Part shown: piece by piece, positions 47,087 to 58,137 of the stretch
How positions within the stretch are numbered: the stretch's first letter is position 1
Layout of the letters: every line of letters starts with the position of its first letter
Origin: Williopsis jadinii
Taxonomy: Eukaryota
Reading direction: 5' to 3'
Length of the DNA stretch: 64,000 bases
Assembly (NCBI GenBank): GCA_024346625.1
Contig: AP024665.1
Location: 1,054,001 to 1,118,000 of the forward strand
Translations under genes and position numbers: made by a program
Notes under the pieces: model-generated
Told to the model about the DNA's origin: nothing
What the model saw: the letters and a program-made list of their open reading frames with translations, nothing else
Databases searched by the model: none

Positions 47087-48283
47087 TGTGTATTGGTTTC
47101 AATTGAGTGTGTGTGTGTTGGTTGTTCTTGTGAAGAAACAATTGCTTGTAGTACACAGCAAGAGAAGAAACAAAACACCGCTACAAGGAATCTGCAAAAC
47201 AGGAATTATCCATCATATTTATACGCATCCCATCAACCGCTCCCCCCTGATGCCACCGGCATTTTTTCGCCTCTGGCGACCCACACCGTCCTCAGCGGAC
47301 GTCCCGTGGTGTGGTTGCTCCTGGCTACGTGTTGTGTTCGCTGTCGCAGGGACGCCACTGGCCTGTGCGGTCCCGTCACGCTACGGTGCTGGCGTGCTGT
47401 GGCCGTTGGTCGCTGGTGTGGTTCCGTGTGCCTCTGCGTAGGCCCAGAGAATCCAACTGAGCCAATTGGGCCAATTGGGCCAGTAGGACGTGCTGGCAGA
47501 ACACCGCTGCGCTGTCCTTGACCGTAGTTGTTGTGCTTGCTCTGCTGTGTGCGATGCCCTCAGTTCTCCGGCTCATGCAAGTCACCCGTCCTTCAACCGG
47601 GCGCCAGCTGACGAGTGCCTGGGCAGAGAACAGGCCCACAGGCCCACCGCGTAGCTACGGGGGAACATGGGCGTACAACACGAGGTTGAGGTGGAGCTCG
47701 TCGTCGTCGTCTGTTGATAGTTGAGGAGCATGGCACGCCGCAGTTCAGCCCTCTGCTTAAGGGCCCTTGTGTGTGCGACATGAGCACCACCAACCGGGCG
47801 CAGAGTGTGTGCCTGTACGGTGAGCAGCGGAAATTGTGTCATCAGTTGATGTCGTTGACCAGTACGCACCGCACGCTGGTGGTGTTTTGAGGTGAGATTA
47901 CGCAATTGGGAAGCGCACACGGGCTACGGTTGGGAAGAGGAGGGCGTAGTGTTGGCAGAGGGGGATTGCGTGTACAATTGGCGAGTACAAGGGCCATGGG
48001 AGAGATTTGGCGATGATAGTTGTGGTGGAAGGACGTGTTTCTGCGATTTTGGAGTGATGTGTCGTGTTTGTTAGCATCAGCATCGGGCAGAGGAGCGGGC
48101 AGAGGAGCAGGAGAGTCCCGGGCGCTCTGTGAGCGGGTTGGTGGCCCGGAGACAGCGCGCTGCGATGGTGCGGATGGGATTGTTCCTCCCCTACGAGACG
48201 TTGGGGATGGAATGGGATGAAATGATGGAATACGTCTTGATAACACGTCCTCTTCTCCAATTGACCGCCAGCCAGGCCGGAAC

Positions 48284-48899
48284 ATGACCATTGAAGAATC
48301 CGTCGACGTCTTGAAGTACACCTCGTTCATAAACTTCCCCACGCTGCCCTCCGACCACTTCCTCCCCAGGCGTGGCTCAGAGCGATGTTAACGAATACGA
48401 GTTCTTCCTGACGCAGGTTTGGAATGAACCGTTCCCGGAAGAGTTAGCACAGACGTGGATATCGTGTGGAGGTGAGAACTACAAAAGCAATGGCTTTTGT
48501 ATGCTGGGACCGGACGTTGGCCTGTTGAGCCTGGGCGAATCACTAGACATCTGGAGCAGACTCCCGAGTTGCGTCGCAAAGGACTACCTGCCATTTGCTA
48601 CGGTGGTGTCGCACCACCCGTATTTCACACAGGTCTGGATTGGACTGAACGGCAGGTCCCGTGAGTGTGCGCTGGTCTTGGACGGCGAAACCACCATCCC
48701 ATTGGCGAACTCTTTGGCAAACTTGCTTTCAACCATCATAAAGTGTATTCAGGCCGAGGTTTATGCGACTGTTTCATTGGGCGAACTCGGTTACAAGGGA
48801 CCAGAGAGAGAAGTCCCACTGCTACCTGCGTTCTTGTCTGAAATTGCAGAGTCATACTCTAGAGAACAGAGCATCTTGCAGTCCATGAATGATATGTGA
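48284..48899 (+). CDS. SMI1/KNR4 (SUKH)-like protein, split by a +1 frame change at 48365-48371 (~204 aa if joined)
   Basis: Pattern LPG.....V..YE, FPEEL..W...GG, LLSL.E....W, YLPFA, IPLANSLANLL is SUKH-like. The main frame has no early ATG (in-frame TAA at 48330-48332). ATG 48284 is in a different frame. Confidence 0.6.
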
Positions 48900-49133
48900 A
48901 ACCTGGTTAATTATCCGTACTTTGCTTAAACTTTAGACCCGGCGCATACGTAAACGGTTGACGTTTGATCCAGCTCAAGTTTCGTAGTTGATGGAGGTTC
49001 TCCAGGTTATCCCGGGGCGAGGGAAAAGGTGTGTTAGCCGCAGCAATAGGCCTTATGCGCAAAGGTGCAGCGTTCTCTGTTTAGGCTCTCTACACGAAGA
49101 ACAGACGAAGAACAAAGTAGTAAAACCATCTAA

Positions 49134-51059
49134 TTAAAACGATTCTGCGCTCTCACCTTCATGGTGAGGAGAACACAGTAAACTATGAAATATAGGAACG
49201 TTGCTTCTGAGCAATGAGCCGAGTAAGCCATCCTGTTCAGACTCAAACCATTCGGAGCTTAGGTCAGCAGGTACTTGGTGTCGATGATGTGCCCGTGTTT
49301 CTGATTTGGGTGAAGCGAATTGCGACTCAGGATCAGTTAGATCAGTACACGTTGTTGATTCCTCGCTGGCCACGTTATCTGAAATACCCTCAGCTGAATC
49401 CACATCCATACGGAGCGAAAACTTGTCATTGTGCCCAGGCATTTGCTTAGCATCTTCAACATCGGATGCGATCCATTCAGCATTCGTGAGTTCATTGTAG
49501 TCGTCCTCCTCTCCATCCGAACCAAAGTTCTCGTTCCCTTCTGATTTATCGTTTATGGGTTCTAACTCCTCTTCAGTTGAGAGCTCAGTAAGGGTTTGAT
49601 CAGACGGCTCGTCATCATGGTTCTGCAGTAAGGCATCAGCTTGTTTTCTCGCCAGACGATATCTTGGTATAGCTTCACTTTCATTATTGCAATCAGTCAA
49701 TTCATCATCAAGATCAAAATGACCATCTGCATAATAATGCTCAGCAGCTTGAGTTTCTTTGTTTCCATCTTCTTGAAATTCATTGTTATCAGTCGCACAT
49801 TCCTCAAGCAAAGTACTATCTCCTTCTGAATGATCAACAGATTTGTTAATACACGCATATGACGAAGTATTCAGCAAAGCAGCATTTTCAAAATCAAACA
49901 AATGGTCCACGTTGAAGTCATTAATAACTGTGTTTAGTGGAACAACAGTTTGAGGTGTATTTTGCAGCCAGTTAAATACTTCTGGCATAAACTCTGTACT
50001 TGCAAAGCCATTAGTAGAGATATCAGGTACTTCAGATCTTTCGGAAGAAGGATCATTTACCAAATTTTCCTGCATTGGCCATGACAAACAGTCATTACTT
50101 AAACTAAGCTGTGTTGGTTTCTGGGTTTTATTCAAAGTTCTGGGATCAATTGTCCCCTCTGCAGTAAAGCATGAGTCATTAATGGATTCGAAGGCTTTTG
50201 ATGAGAGAGGAGCTGATGGCTCAATAGGGAAAGATGAATGCTCACGCTCACCACTGAAGTCAACAATACTTGCAGCGTTCATCAAAGAATTGTAGAGAAT
50301 CAAATCTTCATCAAATACTCGGTTGAAAGTATTGTGTGTATCGTTATTTGTCTCATCAAGTGGTTGGTGAATTTGGGATACCCCAACTGCTTGGGCTGGT
50401 GGTTGGAAAGCCAACTGTAGCTGAGTTGTATCTTTTGTCTCAACTGATGGTTGAACTCTTCGAAGACTCGGTTGGGCTCCATTGTTGTTCATTGCAAATG
50501 GAACTTCATGGAAATCCACAATCTTACACTTATAATGTGTGTTAATGCTGGTTCTCTCTATGCTGATGCATTGAGGTGGCTCATAAACCGTATTTAGTTG
50601 ATAACCAATACCATCCCTGACAAGCAAATCTTTGCACAAGATGTTTGGTGGCACAAGGTCATCCCTCTTCACTGAAACCCAATGTTGATCAGGCGTCTTT
50701 GGCTTGTCAGCATTGTTGATACCTGAACCTCTCCAGATGGGCTCATAACTGATAAGTGCGAAGCCACCTTTGGAGTTCACATGGGTAAAAGTGTAAGGAG
50801 AAGCTGGATGTAAGAATTTTGCAGGTACAACTCGTCCTGAAGTGCCTTTAGACCCTGGTTTTGGCTCAAGTCTCACAGAACCTGTGGCAATAACAATACA
50901 ACCTGGAGGAATCCTGAACCTAATGTTCTCTGATGAGTTCTCTGGTCGTCCTCTCCAGTTAATGGAGTATAGCCATTTATTGACATGCAAGCAAGTAGAA
51001 GATCTGTGACCACGGATGCAGCTCTCACAGCTGATACGTTCACCTTCTAAAACAAGCAT
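49134..51059 (-). CDS. Protein with N-terminal copper-fist-like Zn module and long acidic tail, 641 aa
   Basis: MLVLEGERISCESCIRGHRSSTCLH...RGRP matches the Ace1/Mac1/Haa1 CxxC-IRGHR-C-H and (R/K)GRP module. The rest is not recognisable. Confidence 0.8.
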   Translation of the reverse strand: MLVLEGERISCESCIRGHRSSTCLHVNKWLYSINWRGRPENSSENIRFRIPPGCIVIATGSVRLEPKPGSKGTSGRVVPAKFLHPASPYTFTHVNSKGGFALISYEPIWRGSGINNADKPKTPDQHWVSVKRDDLVPPNILCKDLLVRDGIGYQLNTVYEPPQCISIERTSINTHYKCKIVDFHEVPFAMNNNGAQPSLRRVQPSVETKDTTQLQLAFQPPAQAVGVSQIHQPLDETNNDTHNTFNRVFDEDLILYNSLMNAASIVDFSGEREHSSFPIEPSAPLSSKAFESINDSCFTAEGTIDPRTLNKTQKPTQLSLSNDCLSWPMQENLVNDPSSERSEVPDISTNGFASTEFMPEVFNWLQNTPQTVVPLNTVINDFNVDHLFDFENAALLNTSSYACINKSVDHSEGDSTLLEECATDNNEFQEDGNKETQAAEHYYADGHFDLDDELTDCNNESEAIPRYRLARKQADALLQNHDDEPSDQTLTELSTEEELEPINDKSEGNENFGSDGEEDDYNELTNAEWIASDVEDAKQMPGHNDKFSLRMDVDSAEGISDNVASEESTTCTDLTDPESQFASPKSETRAHHRHQVPADLSSEWFESEQDGLLGSLLRSNVPIFHSLLCSPHHEGESAESF

Positions 51060-52334
51060 GGCCTCTACACTGAGTCAGTATTTTAGAGAGTGAAAGAGAT
51101 GATGGAAACAAACAAATTGATGATAAAGATGACCTTGTGTGAATGTAGCTTAGAAACAGAGATGGAAGAGACAACGAGAGAGCATTCAGCATCCGGTAAC
51201 TAATCAAATACTTTTATAATTATTTGACTAAGTCCTCAACAGACTCTGTGAATTTTTACGTTGTGTTATAGATAGTGGATTGGGACGTTCGAGATGCAGG
51301 AATGCACTGTTGAAAGACCTCATATTCCCCAGACTTCACACGCAGCTCAAGGAAACTTCATCGAAAGCTCTCATCACAAGAACCTAAGTAGTAAACAATG
51401 TCAGTGAGTGTATCACACATACAATAACTAATGCATATTCGCAATAGAGCTCGATAAAATTAGCGTTGAACGTATGCAGTTGCGTTGTTTCTCCTGCAGC
51501 AACTTTACTTGACACATAAAAGCATACACGGTCCAGCTTTCCATGAGAGAGGGCAAACGGGAAGGTTCACACGGGCACGAAGTTATCATCAATTGGTATT
51601 TTCACTGATGTTTATATTAAGAATAAGCTTATGCCTTCTGACCTCAGTTTCCGTTGCGCTCTTAAGTGAAGGATTCAAAGTGTAAGTACTCCGCTTATAA
51701 GCTATGCGGAAATCACCATGGCACAGCTCGATTCTAACGTAGTGGAACAACTCCACTCCACTATCGATAAAGAACAGGATCAGAGGCTCAAATCCCACAA
51801 ACAGGATTGTGCACAGAGCAAAGCCTGCTGGTAAATATAGTATCGTTCTATTGGGTGTGAAGTTAAGAAACCATGACATAGTGCACACCTTAAGTCTTGT
51901 CTACAGCACCGAATCAAACAAGAGTTGGTTCTCATCCTTACAAAAGCGCACTTGCTCCTCAAATATTTATGATACAACGCCACCATTCATTACCAGGTAT
52001 GACCAAGATACCACCACGATAGTCTGCTCCATAAACCAGGCAAGTTTTACCTTACCTGGTGTCTCTATTCCGTCCTATTGGATGCTATAACTAGAATATC
52101 AATTCCGATCTCAGAAGTCACAATACGAGGGTCAACTGATTACATAAGCATATAATTGGTAGACGACACATAACAAGTCCGTGCAAACAGCGGCAGCAGC
52201 TGAAAAAAAAAGCACACGCACACACGCACGTAAAAAAAATCAACGTGAAAAAAGTGAAAAATATCATATTTCTTGTAGAGAGGTTCCATTCCAAGTGATT
52301 CTTTTAAGAGAACTTTCAGCATAACTAAGGAAAG

Positions 52335-52934
52335 ATGGCTATTTCTAAGAACCTCCCACTCTTGAAGAACCACTTCAGAAAGCACTGGCAAGAGCGTGTC
52401 AGAGTTCACCTTGACCAAGCCGGTAAGAAGGCTTCCCGTCGTCAAGCTAGAGCTTCCAAGGCAGCTGCTATTGCTCCAAGACCATTGGACGCTCTTAGAC
52501 CAGTTGTCAGAGCCCCAACTGTCAAGTACAACAGAAAGGTTAGAGCTGGTAGAGGTTTCACCTTGAGAGAAATCAAGGCTGCCGGCTTGACCCCAGCATA
52601 TGCCAGAACCGTCGGTATTGCTGTTGACCACAGAAGACAAAACAGATCCACTGAAATCTTTGAATTGAATGTCCAAAGACTCAAAGAGTACCAATCTAAG
52701 TTGATTGTGTTCCCAAGATCTGGTAAGGCTCCAGAGGCTGAACAAGTTTTGTCCACTGCTGCTACTTTCCCAGTTGTGCAACCAGCTCCAGAGACTGAGC
52801 CAAGAGCCGTCGAGGTTCCAGAGCAAACCGCTTTCAGAACCTTGAGATTGGCCAGATCTGACAAGAAGTACAAGGGTATCAGAGAAAAGAGAGCCAGAGA
52901 ATTGGCTGAGGCTGAAGCTGAGAAGAAGAAGTAA
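52335..52934 (+). CDS. RPL13: 60S ribosomal protein L13 (eL13), intronless
   Basis: [43 protein letters not shown]. Confidence 0.98.
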   Translation: MAISKNLPLLKNHFRKHWQERVRVHLDQAGKKASRRQARASKAAAIAPRPLDALRPVVRAPTVKYNRKVRAGRGFTLREIKAAGLTPAYARTVGIAVDHRRQNRSTEIFELNVQRLKEYQSKLIVFPRSGKAPEAEQVLSTAATFPVVQPAPETEPRAVEVPEQTAFRTLRLARSDKKYKGIREKRARELAEAEAEKKK

Positions 52935-53175
52935 GGTTAATGATCTCTCCTTAAAGTATCTTAGGCAGGAGGCTTATGTGTTTTATTTGGTTCTGTACAG
53001 TATTGGATTTGGTTTATTCACTCATACCATCATGTATTTAATGTTTTATCGTCATGATTTTTTTACATCTATTGTGGAACCAATCAACGTAGTTTCGCCA
53101 ATTAATGCTTACAAAGGTATAAACTTTACCAGATTTCATTAAAGAGAATGCATAATACTGTTACAGCTAGTTGGC

Positions 53176-53721
53176 TTAATCGAACAAACCGAATCCCATG
53201 TCATCATCGGACTCTTCAGCAGCTTCCTCCTCAGCTTCCTCAGCAGCAGCCTCGGTAGCACCAGAAGCAGCAGCACCGGCACCAGAAGCAGCTGGAGCAG
53301 GACCAGCAGCAGCGAAACCAGCAAGAATCTCCTTCAAGTCCTTACCCTCAAGAGCAGTAGCAAAGACGTTGATCCAAACCTAGGGAAAAGTGTGTTAGTG
53401 CCAATTGCTTATTACCAGTTTTTATGACCAAACGACATATGACGTTGAACGAAGACCGCCTTAGTGCTTCCACTAAATCAAATCTTATCATGAAGGATAG
53501 AAAATACAACAGATAGTAATGTATTACTCATGGGTACCAGATATTCCCTTGCTTGCAATCCTCTTGTCCACTATCGATGGTGAAAAAAAAAAGCTTCAAA
53601 TACGTACTTGGTCAACAGAGGCACCAGCAGCCTTGGTCAAGGTAGCCAAGTTGTCGGCGGTGATGTCCAAACCGGCATCAGCAAGGATCAAAGCAGCGTA
53701 AGAAACGATAGCGTCAGACAT
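53176..53721 (-). CDS. RPP1A: Acidic ribosomal stalk protein P1, 2 exons (53721-53608, 53379-53176), 105 aa
   Basis: [16 protein letters not shown]...VDQ | [17 protein letters not shown]...[13 protein letters not shown]. 228-nt intron GTACGT...CACTAAC...TAG. Next to RPL13, as I recall for S. cerevisiae RPP1A; the A/B assignment rests on synteny. Confidence 0.95.
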
Positions 53722-54566
53722 TGTTGTTTAATTTGTGCTTATACCTCAACCTTGGTGTTATAGTTGAACGTTTGTCGAAGAATTGTTTTGTTCATTTGAT
53801 ACACAGTATGTGGCGCTTACCAAAAGAAATATGGCTTAGACACGAGCCCTAATAATTGGCACGTGATATAGGGCTGCAGCTTCTTCCCTATGGTACAGGC
53901 GACAGAGATGTGCAGATGCAATGTTTTGAACCGGATATGTTTATCAACATAGTACACCACTATTGAGTCGGATTTCTCCGTATTCGACTTGAATCGATCT
54001 TCTTTAGTTACATTACGGACGTGCTACAATCTATATGAGTGTCAAGCACTGATTTGCACTCCACATCTCCCTGAGTTCAGCTGTTGCTGAAGGCATCTAT
54101 GTGACCTTCATGGACATATGGACCATTCTGCAGGGTAATATTCCAAAATCGAGTAAGTTCACCCGACCACTGATATTAATACCAGCAATTTAAACCATCA
54201 ATTATCATTTGATATCCTTCAAAGGTGTCTCAGATATTCAGCCAACCTTTCGAAATGTACTGGCTTTCGGTTTCTGTATTTCTATTGTAAGTACTCTTAT
54301 GCATATCCATGCATCCGGATATGAATGTAAACTCAAAAGTGCGTGTGTATTTGGTGCACGTTATCATGATTCAATAGCTATGTATTGATTTTAAGGGTCC
54401 AGGTACAATCTTGAAACGACAATCAATCTATACGCCATTAATGAATGGCTAATATCTGAGGTTGCATGGGAACAAAATCATATCGTGGAGCCATCCACTA
54501 TTAGTCAAATGGGTCACATGAGTATGGTGTTAAAAAAGTGCTTTTCAATGGACGTTATTGGACTGG

Positions 54567-54598
54567 AATGAGCAAATTAAATATTTAATTTGCTCATT
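54567..54598. promoter_or_regulatory. Perfect 32-bp palindrome with two inverted Mac1-type CuRE sites
   Basis: AATGAGCAAATTAAATATTTAATTTGCTCATT carries TTTGCTCA on both strands, about 290 bp upstream of CTR3. Confidence 0.85.
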
Positions 54599-54885
54599 AT
54601 CCCTTCCTGGCTTATTGCCAATATTCTTAGTTTCAATTCTATCCAATTAATGCGATTGGAAACTGTTAGATAAGTGTTATTTGGTATGCAGCATGTACAG
54701 AAATTTTGTGTACGTCCTACACTGTTCAAAGTCCGTTCAGATGGCTTCCATCCTTGACTGGCCATCGGTTTGCATAGGACGATTCCTTGTTTCTTGGATA
54801 TAAATTCAATCAAATCTCCATCGGAATATTCGTTAGCTCTTGTGTTGTAGGAGACATAGTTCCAACAACCGAAGATTATACCATT

Positions 54886-55575
54886 ATGTCAGGCCTTATT
54901 GAATTCCCGGACTTCGTTAACAAGATGGATATGAGTGGATCCAGCTCCAGCTCCAACTCAACAAAGGCATCGTGTAAGATTTCCATGTTGTGGAATTGGT
55001 ACACAATTGACTCCTGCTTCATTGCCAGATCATGGCACGTTAACACGAAGGGACAATTTGCAGGTTCCTGTATTGGATGTTTCCTTCTTGTATTGTCTGC
55101 CCAATGGCTTCACAGAATTGCCAGAGAATACGATGCAGCTATAGCCAGAAGAAAAGCAATGGCGCAAGAGATTGTTGACAACGGTTCAAAGTCAGTGGGC
55201 TCTGATGGTTCAGACTCAACTGAAATTGCCAACAAGAAGAGCTTGATGTTTTTGCCAGCAAACACTGGTGCTGCTAACTTATTCCAACCTATTCTTTACG
55301 CCTTGTCCCACGATTGGTTCTGGAACTTTAACGAAAGATCTTCCAGTTCTGTTGCTTACCCATCTCTCATCGAACATCTGATCAAGGCTCTGATTTTCAC
55401 CATCCAGTGGGGCCAAAGTTACATCATCATGTTGTTGTTCATGTACTACAACGGCTATATCATCATCTCTTGTATTCTTGGTGCCCTCTTTGGCAGAATC
55501 ATATTCAACTATGAGCCAATCACGTGCACTACAAGAAGCGAGAGTGGTGAGAATGACAAGAAGTGTTGCATGTAG
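54886..55575 (+). CDS. CTR3: High-affinity copper transporter, Ctr3-like
   Basis: CKISMLWNWYTIDSCFIARSW, FAGSCIGCF, MLLFMYYNG (MxxxM), C-terminal KKCCM. ATG at 54886. Confidence 0.92.
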   Translation: MSGLIEFPDFVNKMDMSGSSSSSNSTKASCKISMLWNWYTIDSCFIARSWHVNTKGQFAGSCIGCFLLVLSAQWLHRIAREYDAAIARRKAMAQEIVDNGSKSVGSDGSDSTEIANKKSLMFLPANTGAANLFQPILYALSHDWFWNFNERSSSSVAYPSLIEHLIKALIFTIQWGQSYIIMLLFMYYNGYIIISCILGALFGRIIFNYEPITCTTRSESGENDKKCCM

Positions 55576-56410
55576 CTCAGTAAGCAGTTAACCACAACCA
55601 ATCAAACTTGTATAGTGCTTTAATAGATTTTCAACGTTGTCCCCATAGTATTCCAAAATGGTACACATGTAGCCCTCTAATAAAGACAGATGCCACCTGT
55701 TGTCTTAGCGATGGTATCAAGCTTTTCGTCACCGTGAGCCCAAAGTCGCGAATTTCATCGTATTTCCTATGTTCTGCCGTTTATCGCTGTAGCGACGATT
55801 GTTTTCCACAGAAATGTCCAGAGTTTGTTTATATTTTGTGTCGCGGATCAAAACATCCGAATCGGTGTACAGCTTTTTCAGATTTGCAGTAAACAAAAGC
55901 CCAAACCAAGGACATAACATCAAACACTTGTTAACAACACATTCCTTGAGAAATCTATCCTGCTGAGCTAATCTCATATTCCACTCCCAGGAACAACACG
56001 GCACACTCATCGATCCTTACAACTCCGGAACCTTTGTCTCCTTTGCTTCTACGACCGGATCATCCACATCATTTGTTTATCACTTTGCTTTGTTTATTTA
56101 TTTGTGGTTACTTATAATTGCTCGCTGTCAACTCAAATCCAAGGAAAGCCCTCTGTTTTCCCTTCACATCACTGCCACAGAAAAGACCTTCTTGTGGTTG
56201 AACTGGTTCCTACTTCTTTCACTTCTGTGAGCTTTGAACTTGTGGTTGTTTTCTTTCTCTGGAGACCAGACCTACATTTTATAGACCAAAGCGAAAGGGT
56301 TTAAACCAAAGCATCAATATCGTTGATTCCAGCAGTTTACTCTGGCACTCCAGTCGATCAATCTCAAGTCATTCTGCATACTGGTTTTCTTCCAACACGG
56401 GAATCTAACG

Positions 56411-57682
56411 ATGGAGAGAGCTAACATTCGCTACGCCAACACAAATGAGAACTCTGACGCTTTGAAGCACAAGGTTTCCAGGGTCTCTCAAAACCAGCCC
56501 ATACAGACTACAAGATCAGCTTTATCTGATGTGTCTACAAGCCATAATGCTCTGAGAGCAAGACCTGGCCTGGATAAACCGGCACAAAGAGTCCAAGTTT
56601 ACAAGGAGACTGATGAAAACGATGTACCAAAACCTGTGTCTAAATACGAAGCACCTGATCATAACAGACAGCCTTTGGCTGAGATTCAGACCAGGCAGAC
56701 ACCATACGCTGCCGAGAACTCATATATCGAGGAAAGCAGTTTTGTTGAAGAAGATGACGACGAAGAAGAGGCAGAGGCTATGCCTCAACCTATGATGCCA
56801 ATTTTGAACGAGAGAATCCACCGCGAGCTTTATGAGGTGCACCGTCTCTTTTATAGCGATCAGCTGGACCCTACTGACGAGGATACCTTTGATGTTTCTA
56901 TGGTTGCAGAATATGCACCAGAGATCTTTAATTATTTTCACAAGTTGGAAATGAAACTAAGGCCTCATCCTTCCTACATGGAGTTTCAAACAGAATTGAA
57001 ATGGGACATGAGAGGTATATTGATTGATTGGCTTGTTCAGGTTCATTCGAGATTCAACCTTTTACCAGAGACTTTGTTTCTCACCGTCAACTATATTGAT
57101 CGCTTTCTCAGTAAGAGGAAGGTGTCTTTAAACAGATTTCAGCTTGTTGGAGCAGTTGCACTCTTCATCGCTGCCAAATATGAAGAAATAAACTGCCCAG
57201 GAGTTCAAGAAATCGCATATATGGTTGACCACGCATACTCTGTGGATGATATTTTAAGAGCAGAGAGATTCATGATTGATGTTTTAGAATTTGAAATGGG
57301 TTGGCCAGGACCTATGTCATTCTTGCGTCGTACTAGCAAAGCTGATGATTATGACTTTGAAACAAGGACTTTGGCCAAGTACTTTTTGGAGATTACCATC
57401 ATGGATTATAGATTTGTCGCTTCACCTCCCAGCTGGTTGGCTGCGGGAGCACATTTTTTGAGTCGATTATTACTGAACCGTGGTGAATGGACATCAGCAC
57501 ATGTTTACTATTCTGGCTATACTGCTGAGCAGTTGAGACCACTTGCCACTGCCCTTTTGGAGTCATGTCGCAAGCCAGAAGATCACCATAAGGCTATATT
57601 TGAGAAATACCAAGAACGTCGTTACCGTCGTTCGTCGTTGTTTGTTCAAGAGTGGTTCAAACTGGCAGAGGCAGAAGATTGA
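56411..57682 (+). CDS. CLB4: B-type cyclin (Clb3/Clb4 class)
   Basis: D-box RSALSDVS, MRGILIDWLVQVH, YIDRFLS, AAKYEE, GWPGPMSFLRRTSKADDY. Confidence 0.9.
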   Translation: MERANIRYANTNENSDALKHKVSRVSQNQPIQTTRSALSDVSTSHNALRARPGLDKPAQRVQVYKETDENDVPKPVSKYEAPDHNRQPLAEIQTRQTPYAAENSYIEESSFVEEDDDEEEAEAMPQPMMPILNERIHRELYEVHRLFYSDQLDPTDEDTFDVSMVAEYAPEIFNYFHKLEMKLRPHPSYMEFQTELKWDMRGILIDWLVQVHSRFNLLPETLFLTVNYIDRFLSKRKVSLNRFQLVGAVALFIAAKYEEINCPGVQEIAYMVDHAYSVDDILRAERFMIDVLEFEMGWPGPMSFLRRTSKADDYDFETRTLAKYFLEITIMDYRFVASPPSWLAAGAHFLSRLLLNRGEWTSAHVYYSGYTAEQLRPLATALLESCRKPEDHHKAIFEKYQERRYRRSSLFVQEWFKLAEAED

Positions 57683-58137
57683 GAGATCGTGTAGGTTGTG
57701 TGTGACACTCATGAGATCTTACGGGTATTTCACTTCATTGTTTCGGTTTTCATCCGTCTCACTCGATCAATGATGAACCAATAGCTGTTGACAAAAAAGA
57801 AAGTCTGTATATGTTCAAAATGCATATTCACTGACATCGAGAAGAAAAGGGAAACAACAACAAAAAGAAACACTATTCAGGTAATTGTACAATAGTTTGA
57901 GTTGTATTTAATAAAATCATTGTTAATTCAATCTGGTTTAAATTGGTATTTGTATGGTAGTGTTACTGAGCCTTGGAGCGAGCGAATGACGTTCGATGAG
58001 CACTGCATGGGCCGCATGTGCCAACGTTAACAGCGAAAATTTTTGTTAGGGTTCGTGATCTTCCTCCTTCAAATGTCTCCTTTCAGCTTCTCCCCACTGC
58101 CATATTGCTGTTCAATTGAACCAACTCACTGATAACG

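Noticed and set aside
45836..47521. 561-aa ORF on the + strand
   Set aside because: Antisense shadow of the highly codon-biased ENO1; no independent motifs.
52140..52873. 228-aa and 143-aa minus-strand ORFs
   Set aside because: Antisense to codon-biased RPL13.
53380..53607. RPP1 intron as a possible snoRNA host
   Set aside because: No convincing C/D box pair or H/ACA architecture seen.
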